Source: a virus (lineage: Duplodnaviria > Caudoviricetes). Taken from it: 27,558 nucleotides of DNA. The notes beneath the pieces were generated by a model. It was not told where the DNA came from, did no database searches, and worked only from the letters and a program-made list of their open reading frames with translations. Shown here one piece after another: positions 6,907 through 13,922 of the stretch (position 1 is its first letter; every line of letters starts with the position of its first letter). The translations under genes and the position numbers were made by a program. The stretch spans positions 1 through 27,558 of the IMG/VR virus record IMGVR_UViG_3300019875_000007; one strand, 5' to 3'.

Positions 6907-7010
6907 GAGGGGCGACTGGACTTGAACCAGCGACCTCCGATCTCAGGATCACGGACTCGCGTACGCTCGCCGGACCCACACGGTGCTCTATCCCACTGAG
7001 CTACGTCCCC
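6907..7010 (-). ncRNA. tRNA-like RNA with an expanded anticodon arm and no assignable anticodon
   Basis: GGGGACG-TA-GCTC-AGTGGGATA-GAGC-A-[47-nt arm]-AGGTC-GCTGG-TTCAAGT-CCAGT-CGCCCCT-C. Confidence 0.7.
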
Positions 7011-7014
7011 GTCG

Positions 7015-7200
7015 TGGCGGTTGCCGGAATCGAACCGGCTCGCGATCCTGCCGGGGCCGCCGCCCAACTAGCCGGATGCTTTAACCGAGTGCTGCGCGTC
7101 AGCACCGCCGCAGCTCCACGTTACGCCAGGAAGCGCCCTACCTCCCGGCTGGGCGCTTCAGGGTTCGGCGATGACACCTCGGCTGACCTGGATGGCCGCC
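7015..7200 (-). ncRNA. Second tRNA-like RNA: T-arm plus acceptor-like stem with a non-canonical body
   Basis: 3' end GCCGG-TTCGATT-CCGGC-AACCGCC-A. It can pair with GGCGG at 7200 or GGCGGT at 7109. Internal stems GAAGCGCCC/GGGCGCTTC and AGCCGAG/CTCGGTT. Confidence 0.5.
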
Positions 7201-7209
7201 GCACGCCGG

Positions 7210-7281
7210 TGGCGGGAGCCAGAATCGCACTGGCGACCTACAGATCATGAATCTGTCGCGCTACTACTGCGCCATCCCGCT
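7210..7281 (-). tRNA. tRNA with CAT anticodon (Met/fMet-like, atypical)
   Basis: AGCGGGA-TG-GCGC-AGTAGTA-GCGC-G-ACAGA-TTCATGA-TCTGT-AGGTC-GCCAG-TGCGATT-CTGGC-TCCCGCC-A; followed by CCG, not CCA. Confidence 0.8.
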
Positions 7282-7331
7282 AGGTGGCCCAGTGGTCGAC
7301 CGGCACCCAGGGGAGCCGCACCAGGCCACGT

Positions 7332-7538
7332 TCAGTCTAGGTCGAACTCGCCGTTCTTGACGCCACCGATGAAGCACAACCACTCCTCGCGGCTATACCG
7401 CTGGATGGGCGCGTCGGGTCCGGCCTTGGTGTCACGGACCAGGATCTCCTTGAGGCCCTCGCCGCCGGCCACCTCCACGCACCACGGCCCGGAGTTGTCC
7501 GTCAGGGTCGACGTCTTCCACACCCCAACCCGGATCAT
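7332..7538 (-). CDS. DUF397 (BldB-like) protein
   Basis: WKTS......WCVEVA....ILVRDTK.......YSREEW..FIGGVKNGEF. Confidence 0.85.
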   Translation of the reverse strand: MIRVGVWKTSTLTDNSGPWCVEVAGGEGLKEILVRDTKAGPDAPIQRYSREEWLCFIGGVKNGEFDLD

Positions 7539-7786
7539 CGGACCACCCCATCAACGACCGGGAACCCGACCTCGACGCACTGCCCGTTGTTGCCGGACAG
7601 GCTCGACGTGCGCCACGCCACCTCATCCTTGAGTCGGGCTGCGTCCTTCTCGAACAGCACTTCGACGTACGACGCCTCGGTCAGGCTCTGGTTGCTCTTC
7701 TTCCACTGATCAGGCTGCATGTCACCCACCCTAGCCACCTCGACGCAGGCGTTGGACTCGCACAAGCTGGAGCGGACCCAGTTCAC
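7535..7786 (-). CDS. Protein made of three DUF397 N-terminal motifs
   Basis: WVRSSLCESNACVEVA / WKKSNQSLTEASYVEVL / WRTSSLSGNNGQCVEVG; GTG 7786 overlaps the upstream stop. Confidence 0.78.
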   Translation of the reverse strand: MNWVRSSLCESNACVEVARVGDMQPDQWKKSNQSLTEASYVEVLFEKDAARLKDEVAWRTSSLSGNNGQCVEVGFPVVDGVVR

Positions 7787-8061
7787 TGCCGCACCGTCTC
7801 TGGCGGCGGTGGTGACGTCGCCAGCCACGGCACGAAGTCGCGCATCCACTTGTCCACGCCCGGGATGGCCAGCACCCGTGTGACCGTGCCGAGAACTGTC
7901 AGCACCTGAACGACCGCCGGGACCGTCTCGACGTGCGCGACGATGGCGATGGTGGGCAGCAGTGAGGCCAGGGCGATGACGCCAGCGAACACGGTGCGGG
8001 TGGTGGCCCGCCACGGGTGGCGGACCTGGGTGGGTTTTGTGGTGACCAGCGGGCCGGTCAT
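7783..8061 (-). CDS. Putative holin
   Basis: TQVRHPWRATTRT followed by two hydrophobic segments, ending ...VPWLA; lies in the lysis cassette. Confidence 0.7.
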   Translation of the reverse strand: MTGPLVTTKPTQVRHPWRATTRTVFAGVIALASLLPTIAIVAHVETVPAVVQVLTVLGTVTRVLAIPGVDKWMRDFVPWLATSPPPPETVRQ

Positions 8062-8063
8062 GG

Positions 8064-8294
8064 CTATTCCACCCTCTCGGGCCAATGCCACGTGCCGCCG
8101 CCCGGCTCGCTGGTGTCGTCGTACGTGACGTCCTGATTGAGAAACAGGCCGGTCGGGTTGGTCACGAAGAGGCCCACGCAGGTGGAGTTGGCATCGCACT
8201 CGGTGATGATCGCGGCGCGGCACTGCGAGGTGTACTCGCCGCCGGGGGTTCCGTAGCTGACGTAGTGCACGATCCTGCCGATGCTCGGTCTCAT
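8064..8294 (-). CDS. Conserved small phage protein (PSIGRIVHY...WHWPERV type)
   Basis: RBS GGAGG before ATG 8294; motif familiar from phage genomes, function unknown. Confidence 0.75.
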   Translation of the reverse strand: MRPSIGRIVHYVSYGTPGGEYTSQCRAAIITECDANSTCVGLFVTNPTGLFLNQDVTYDDTSEPGGGTWHWPERVE

Positions 8295-8356
8295 GCGCCC
8301 TCCAAGATTCATAGGAACCGGCCCGAACCTATAGATGTCCAAGTCGGAGTGAAGGT

Positions 8357-8449
8357 CTACCTGCGTTCCCGCGGCGGGTGGCGCACCCCGAACCACATGG
8401 CGAGGCCAGCCACGATCAGCAGGATCCCCACCGGCAGCCAGAAGGCCAC
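8357..8449 (-). CDS. 30-aa single-TM peptide
   Basis: GTG overlaps the upstream TAG; (M)AFWLPVGILLIVAGLAMWFGVRHPPRERR. Confidence 0.5.
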   Translation of the reverse strand: MAFWLPVGILLIVAGLAMWFGVRHPPRERR

Positions 8450-8595
8450 TAGGTCAGGTGGGGTAGGAGTGCCGCGGTGAAGAGCCAGATGGCGAGGCCC
8501 AGCCAGCCGAACGCGATCCGACGGTAGTCGACCCCGAACGCGGCCAGCAGCAGCAACACGAACGCGACGAAGTACAGCAGCAGGGCCATGGTCAT
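8449..8595 (-). CDS. 48-aa two-TM membrane peptide (below ORF-track cutoff)
   Basis: MTMALLLYFVAFVLLLLAAFGVDYRRIAFGWLGLAIWLFTAALLPHLT; AGGA RBS. Confidence 0.7.
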   Translation of the reverse strand: MTMALLLYFVAFVLLLLAAFGVDYRRIAFGWLGLAIWLFTAALLPHLT

Positions 8596-8619
8596 CGCTT
8601 CCTATTCTGTTGGTAGGGC

Positions 8620-9123
8620 TCAAACGCTGTGCTTGGCCGCCCGCTCGCCCGCCACGGTGGCGACGGCACGGTCCTTGAGTTGCGCGCTGAGTTCAGTGAC
8701 CCGCCGCTCCAGCTCGGCCGCGACCGTCTCGTCGCCCTCGTCGGTGTTGGCGCCCACCACCAGGGCGAACCGTCGCATCATGGCCAACTGGGCCTTGACC
8801 GCCACCAGCTCCGACTCCATTGCCGCGGTCATGTTGGAGTTGACCAGGGAATGGATCTGGGCCAGCCGCCCCGAGACCTCGGCAGCGTTCATCCTCGCCT
8901 CGGCGGCCTGTTCCTCGTCGTGCTCGAGCAGCAACTGTGCGGCGGTGGCGGCCTGCTCGGCCACCTCGCGCACCCGGTTGCTGGCCGACTCGGCTCGTGC
9001 TGCTACCACGTCCTGGCGGGCGTAGTCCTCCTGCTTGGCCCTGCTCAACGACCGGGCGTTGAGCCAAGCGGTGAGCAGTGCGCCACCGGCGACAATGGCC
9101 GCGATCCAGACAGCATCGGTCAT
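8620..9123 (-). CDS. Membrane-anchored coiled-coil protein of the lysis cassette
   Basis: N-terminal TM VWIAAIVAGGALLTAWL, Ala/Glu helical body and IHSLVNSNMT motif. Confidence 0.75.
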   Translation of the reverse strand: MTDAVWIAAIVAGGALLTAWLNARSLSRAKQEDYARQDVVAARAESASNRVREVAEQAATAAQLLLEHDEEQAAEARMNAAEVSGRLAQIHSLVNSNMTAAMESELVAVKAQLAMMRRFALVVGANTDEGDETVAAELERRVTELSAQLKDRAVATVAGERAAKHSV

Positions 9124-9155
9124 GATGTTTCCCCCGTAGCCACGGTGCCGCCCCT

Positions 9156-9227
9156 TCACTTACGCGGCAGAAAGAGCACGATCAGGCAGGCGAACGCGAC
9201 GATGCCGAGCAGGATGAGCCATTCCAT
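9156..9227 (-). CDS. 23-aa single-TM peptide
   Basis: MEWLILLGIVAFACLIVLFLPRK, starting 1 nt after the endolysin stop. Confidence 0.5.
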   Translation of the reverse strand: MEWLILLGIVAFACLIVLFLPRK

Positions 9228-9228
9228 G

Positions 9229-10077
9229 TCAGGTGACGGTCAGCGTCGCCCCGGGCGCCAGCACTGCGGCGTCGCCCTTTGGTCCTGCCGGTCCTGCCGG
9301 TCCTGCCGGACCAGGGTCGCCCTTGGGGCCCTTCGCGGCGAGCGCGTTCAGGTCCGCGTCGATGGCGGTGGTCATCCAGCCGGTGACCTTCTTGCCGTCG
9401 CTCGGCGGGTCGATGCCATGGTCGGCGCGGAACTTCTTCACCGCTGCGGCGAGCACGGCACCGTACACGCCATCCTTCGCGCCGATGGTGTAGCCGAGCG
9501 CGTCCAGTTGGATCTGGACCCGCTTGACGCCCTCGCCCTTGTCGCCATAGACCGGGAACAGCTCGGACATGTCGTCTCCGATCATCACGTCGTAGATCTC
9601 ATCGAGGGCGGGCACGTCGTCGGCGTAGACCGTCCACACACCCACGTGAACGTGGTCGAGGTGCGAGACGTCAGAGCTTGACTCGTGGCCCTCGTACCAG
9701 CCGACCACGGTGCGGTTGTCGAACGTGCCGAACCATTCGGCCACCTGCGGCAGCCGTCCGCCGCGCACCGCGTTGTCGAGGCGGTGGCAGACGTCGCGCA
9801 TCTGAGCGGGGGTGAGCTTGCAGTCCATGGCGCGGATGTAGCGGGGATTGCCGTCCCGGTCGCGCTTGTCGAGGGTGCCGTACGTGCGGTTGGTGCAGAA
9901 CGCCGACTTCTGAACCCACTCGCGGGAGCGGTGCCGCCCGGTGGTGTGGGCCGCGTTGCCCTTGGTACCGCCGCCGAGTGGGTTGGAGTTGAAGTGGTCG
10001 CAGCACCGGCGGAACAGGCCGTTGAACGAGTCGGTGACGATCTCGCGACCCCAGTAGGACTCGGAGGTGATGCTCAC
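9229..10077 (-). CDS. Endolysin: putative Zn-peptidase domain, PG-binding domain and collagen-like tail
   Basis: G.KG..AH...H...AMD...HLDHVHV metal-ligand pattern; GDKGEGVKRVQ..L..LGY...DGVYG....AVKKF (PG_binding_1-like); GPKGDPGPAGPAGPAGPKGD. Confidence 0.8.
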   Translation of the reverse strand: MSITSESYWGREIVTDSFNGLFRRCCDHFNSNPLGGGTKGNAAHTTGRHRSREWVQKSAFCTNRTYGTLDKRDRDGNPRYIRAMDCKLTPAQMRDVCHRLDNAVRGGRLPQVAEWFGTFDNRTVVGWYEGHESSSDVSHLDHVHVGVWTVYADDVPALDEIYDVMIGDDMSELFPVYGDKGEGVKRVQIQLDALGYTIGAKDGVYGAVLAAAVKKFRADHGIDPPSDGKKVTGWMTTAIDADLNALAAKGPKGDPGPAGPAGPAGPKGDAAVLAPGATLTVT

Positions 10078-10253
10078 GGCGTGTCCGTCTCAACCGGCGG
10101 CGGCTCATCGCGGTGCCGTTGGGCCGCCCATTCGTCGGCGAGCTTCAACATGTCAGATGGCACCTCCGACGAATAGACCCGGTCGCCACCAGTGATTACG
10201 CGAAGTTCGGGGCCCTGTTCGCCCACCCATCGGAAATCGTCAGGGTTGCTCAT
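10074..10253 (-). CDS. Small protein resembling the tape measure C-terminal motif
   Basis: MSNPDDFRWVGEQGPELRVITGGDRVYS; coupled to the endolysin start. Confidence 0.6.
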   Translation of the reverse strand: MSNPDDFRWVGEQGPELRVITGGDRVYSSEVPSDMLKLADEWAAQRHRDEPPPVETDTP

Positions 10254-10671
10254 CGGCCACCGCCCCTCGACCACGACGCGCCACACGCAGTGAGACCGCC
10301 GGGTCGGCGAGCACGGCGGCCATGGTCTCCTCGTCCAGCGACGCCAACGCGGCCGAGAACGCCTCGACGTTGCGGACCCGGGCCCACTCGGCGCGGGCAA
10401 TCTGGTGGGCGTCGACCTGTTTCCCGGGGACCTTACGCAGGTCCGCCAGCGTCCCGACACGGTCACCGGCGCTGACGAGCAGGGAGCCGTGCGGCTCGCC
10501 GAGCGTGAGCATCACGGTCCAGACGCTGCCGTCGTCCACCCACGTCTCGTCGGCGGGGAACCCGGCCAGCACGCGCCCGGCATTGACCAGACGCTCCCGC
10601 TCGGCCTCGTCCTCGCCGACGGGCCAGCACCACGGGCCGTCCGGTGTGTGGATGATCAGCCACCAGTCCAT
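10240..10671 (-). CDS. Hypothetical protein downstream of the tail genes
   Basis: ATG 10671 overlaps the upstream stop; MDWWLIIHTPDGPWCWP. Confidence 0.7.
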   Translation of the reverse strand: MDWWLIIHTPDGPWCWPVGEDEAERERLVNAGRVLAGFPADETWVDDGSVWTVMLTLGEPHGSLLVSAGDRVGTLADLRKVPGKQVDAHQIARAEWARVRNVEAFSAALASLDEETMAAVLADPAVSLRVARRGRGAVADEQP

Positions 10672-11210
10672 CAGTTGCTCACCCACTGCACGTCCATCGA
10701 CGACATCTGCTCCCCTGACACGGCCGTATTGAGGTTGCCGCCGGAGTCCTGGAAGCCCTGTATCTCCACGTAGTCACCCACGTTCAGGAAGACCAACTCG
10801 GCGCGGGCCGGGACCTGGCACGTGCCCGTGGCGGTCGCCGCCACCATCGACCCTGAACCGTTGACCATCGTGCCGTTGACCGCGAACCGGCAGCAACGCC
10901 GGTTGGTGACGTTGGCCGCCCAACCCGCGCCGCCGCTGACCTGGTACCAGCCCGGGTAGACCGCGGTGAAGCGACTGTTGTTCGTGACGAGGTCATGTTG
11001 GGCGGTGCCGGCGACGTTGGTGTCGGCGTCCTCGGCGTCCATCGTGATGGCGGTGAACACCGACGTGGCAATTGACTGGATGGTGGCCTGACGCATCCTG
11101 GCCAGTGGGCGGGCGAGCAGGAAGTTAACCGGGTCGCGGACGAAGAAGTTGGCCTCGGTGCTGGTCGCGATGCCATCGGTGAACGTGTGGGTGCCGGGAA
11201 CTACGGCCAT
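10671..11210 (-). CDS. Minor tail/receptor-binding protein, C1q-like, paralog 2
   Basis: NNSRFTAVYPGWYQV...FLNVGDYVEI pattern. Confidence 0.8.
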   Translation of the reverse strand: MAVVPGTHTFTDGIATSTEANFFVRDPVNFLLARPLARMRQATIQSIATSVFTAITMDAEDADTNVAGTAQHDLVTNNSRFTAVYPGWYQVSGGAGWAANVTNRRCCRFAVNGTMVNGSGSMVAATATGTCQVPARAELVFLNVGDYVEIQGFQDSGGNLNTAVSGEQMSSMDVQWVSN

Positions 11211-11211
11211 G

Positions 11212-11739
11212 TCAGGTCGAGATCCCCAACACGCTCATGTGCGCTCCGCTGTTCGTGTTCAGGGCGCCCCCGGAGTCCTGGAACGCGAACAGCTCCACAT
11301 AGTCCCCGACGTTGAGGAACAGGAACATCGTGCGGGCGGGGTAGATCGCCGCGCTCGCCGACGTCGCCGCGCCCCGCACATCCGAGGCCGTGGTGGCAAC
11401 GCCGTTGACCCCCCAGGACGAGCCTCTACGGGAGGTCACGTTGGCGGCGAACCCGACCCCACCAGTACACAGGTACCAGCCCGGGTAGACCGCGGTGAAC
11501 CTGGAATTGTTCGTCACCAGGTCGTGTTGTGGCGTACCGACCAGATTGGTATCCACGTCCTCGAGTTCGAACGTGATCGCGGTGGACACGCCGTTGGGGA
11601 TCGACTGCACGGCACTCTGCCGAAGATGCGCCATCGGCGGGGTCATCCGGAAGTTGATCGGGTCGCGGACGAACGAGTTGGCCTCGGTCGAGGTGGCGAT
11701 GCCGTCGGTGAACGTGTGCGTACCCGGCACGACAGCCAC
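11212..11739 (-). CDS. Minor tail/receptor-binding protein, C1q-like, paralog 1
   Basis: Same pattern and near-identical N-terminus to 10671-11210. Confidence 0.8.
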   Translation of the reverse strand: MAVVPGTHTFTDGIATSTEANSFVRDPINFRMTPPMAHLRQSAVQSIPNGVSTAITFELEDVDTNLVGTPQHDLVTNNSRFTAVYPGWYLCTGGVGFAANVTSRRGSSWGVNGVATTASDVRGAATSASAAIYPARTMFLFLNVGDYVELFAFQDSGGALNTNSGAHMSVLGIST

Positions 11740-11748
11740 AGCGCCTCC

Positions 11749-13119
11749 TCAGAACGGTCGGGTATCGGCGCCGGACCACACCGAGGCACCCCAGCGGAAC
11801 CAGGGACCCGCCGCACCCGGCGTGGTGCCGACCACGGGTTGGGTGGTCCAGCGCAGGATCCGGCGGCTGAGCGTCAGCTCGTGGCCGATGCCGACGATGA
11901 CCAGGTGCTGGGCGCCGGAGGGCCACTCGGGGGGAATGTCGATGATCTGTATCCGGGTGCCGATGCCCAGCCGCAGCAGGAACCGTTTCTGGTCGTCGGT
12001 GCGGTACAGCAGGTCCATCCGCAGGTTCGGGCTGCGCATCCGTGGGTCGCCGTAGTAGGTGACCGTCCAGTGCGCCAGGTTCGCCGGGTCGGCGTCCACC
12101 GCCGTGTTGAGGCTGGCCGAGAACGGATAGACGCCCTTCGCGAATGCGATTGAGGACAGGTTGTCGGCCCGGGCGCTCGCCCCGCCGACCTGGCTCACCT
12201 CGGCGTGGTTGAATGGGCGCTCCAGGCGCATGCCCAGCGGCCGGGCGAACCAGCACAGCGGGATCTGCGACGGGGTGGCCGCCAGCCCCGACGGCCACCA
12301 GTAGTCGTTGATGACGGTCGGTGCGGTCGTCTCCGTCTGGCGCGGGTTGGGTAGCAGGTCCTCATCGGTGATCTCGTCGCCGCCGACCAGCATCCGCGGG
12401 GCCTTGCCCGCCGAGGGTGACGACGCGACCGTCGGCACCGTGGGGGCGCCGGGGATGCTGGTGCCCGGCACTGCGGGAGGGGCGGGGGCGCCGGCCACGT
12501 CAGCGAACGTGGAGACCTGAATGACCCAGCCGTAGGACGGGGTCACCGTCGCGGTCGCCGCGATCGGCGCCTTGGAGGTCTGGATCAGGTCGAGGGTGGC
12601 ATCGGTCCCGCCACCCGCCGAGATACGCTGGGTGAAACCGCCCGACGCGGAGACCATCCCGACCGCGTCGATGACGGCGTAGATGAGTTGCCCATCGGTG
12701 GTCGGAGTGACCGAGCCGGAGCTGGCCGCCGCGACGTTGCCGGTGGCCGCGCTGGTCTTGTCGAAGGGGTCGCTTACCCAGGCCCCGTTGGAGGACTTCC
12801 ACTCCTCGACGAACGTCACCGCACCGGCGGTGGAGGCGGACAGCACCGCCGTGACCGTGTTCGTGCTGGAGGACTTAACGCCGTAGGCATAGAAGGTGTA
12901 GATCGCGTCGCCGCTGCTCGCCTGCCGGGCCTTCGGCGCGGCGGCGTGGTAGGTGTTGCCGGCGGTGTCCGTCGGAATCGCGCAGGTGGTGGTGCCCGGC
13001 GTGTCGAGGAAGGCAACCGACACGACGATCAGGTCACCCAGGTTGCATGAGGGCAGGCTGCAGGTGAGGGTCGTTCCGCTACCGGGGTTGCTGGCGCCGC
13101 GGCGGTAGGCGATCGTCAC
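11749..13119 (-). CDS. Minor tail protein: beta-rich N-domain, Pro linker and tail-tip C-terminal half
   Basis: Ser/Thr-rich domain (GDLIVVSV...TDTAGNTY), PAPPAVPG linker, then FNHAEVSQVGG...LGIGTRIQI...IVGIGHE. Confidence 0.72.
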   Translation of the reverse strand: MTIAYRRGASNPGSGTTLTCSLPSCNLGDLIVVSVAFLDTPGTTTCAIPTDTAGNTYHAAAPKARQASSGDAIYTFYAYGVKSSSTNTVTAVLSASTAGAVTFVEEWKSSNGAWVSDPFDKTSAATGNVAAASSGSVTPTTDGQLIYAVIDAVGMVSASGGFTQRISAGGGTDATLDLIQTSKAPIAATATVTPSYGWVIQVSTFADVAGAPAPPAVPGTSIPGAPTVPTVASSPSAGKAPRMLVGGDEITDEDLLPNPRQTETTAPTVINDYWWPSGLAATPSQIPLCWFARPLGMRLERPFNHAEVSQVGGASARADNLSSIAFAKGVYPFSASLNTAVDADPANLAHWTVTYYGDPRMRSPNLRMDLLYRTDDQKRFLLRLGIGTRIQIIDIPPEWPSGAQHLVIVGIGHELTLSRRILRWTTQPVVGTTPGAAGPWFRWGASVWSGADTRPF

Positions 13120-13122
13120 TTC

Positions 13123-13914
13123 TCAGCCCTGAGCGAAATAGACCGAAGAACGCCACGTCCCCAGCGCGGTGCCCACTACCTCATAAACAACCACTGGCAT
13201 GTTGAGACGCGTGAACGCCGCGTCCGCGATGACGTTGTTCGTCGGCGTCCCCAGTTCGGCGATCAGCCGGAACGCCACCAAATGAACCTGGCCGGAGACA
13301 TAGCTAGTGCCGAGCGTGATGGACTGCACCGAGCGAACGCCGACATCACCAGCCTGCATGGAGAACATCACCCATGTCCCGGTCACGCCGGTGATCGGGA
13401 AGCTCGCCAGGGTCGCGGTACGGCCGGCGGTGCCGCTGCTGTTCGTGTAGGACACCGTGGTGTTGGTGATAGCGCCCGCGTTGCCGGTGGTCGCGGAGCA
13501 CTCCAGCGCCAGAAATACCCCGACGCCGTTGGTCGAGGCGGTCTCGTCGCGGGCCACCCAGGTCGGCGAGACGATGGCCTGTGCGCCGGTCGTGGTGACC
13601 ACGGGCACGTTGCCCCACTGCTTGTCGATCAGCCACGCACCGCCGATGTTGCCGGCCTGGGTGCCCGTCCACTTCGCCAGGTTCGACGTCAGGCTGGTCA
13701 CTGCGAGCGGCACGGCCGGAGCGCCGGTGGTGACGCCGGTGAACGTGGCCCCGTTCAGGGCACCGGTCGGGGCGACACCGGCGCCGAGGGCGCCGGTCTG
13801 GTACCAGTTCGTGTGCTGGATGCCGGCCGCCTTAGCGGTCGCCGAGTCCTTGCCCATCAGTCGCGGGTAGCGGATCATCCCGGCGATGAGCTGATCCATG
13901 CTGGCGATAGCCAC
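13123..13914 (-). CDS. Probable minor virion protein (Gly/Thr/Ala-rich)
   Basis: Position in the tail module; VSYTNSSGTAGRT...QAGDVGVRSVQSITL. Confidence 0.68.
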   Translation of the reverse strand: MAIASMDQLIAGMIRYPRLMGKDSATAKAAGIQHTNWYQTGALGAGVAPTGALNGATFTGVTTGAPAVPLAVTSLTSNLAKWTGTQAGNIGGAWLIDKQWGNVPVVTTTGAQAIVSPTWVARDETASTNGVGVFLALECSATTGNAGAITNTTVSYTNSSGTAGRTATLASFPITGVTGTWVMFSMQAGDVGVRSVQSITLGTSYVSGQVHLVAFRLIAELGTPTNNVIADAAFTRLNMPVVVYEVVGTALGTWRSSVYFAQG

Positions 13915-13922
13915 ACCGACTC

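Noticed and set aside
6907-7040. tRNA-like pieces as the attP core of the integrase
   Set aside because: They lie about 3 kb from int, and unit 6907-7010 retains both 5' and 3' halves. Not fully excluded without a host comparison.
10671-11739. Invertible tail-fibre shufflon or DGR target/template pair
   Set aside because: The copies are in direct orientation, both are intact ORFs, differences are not adenine-specific, and no invertase or RT is nearby.
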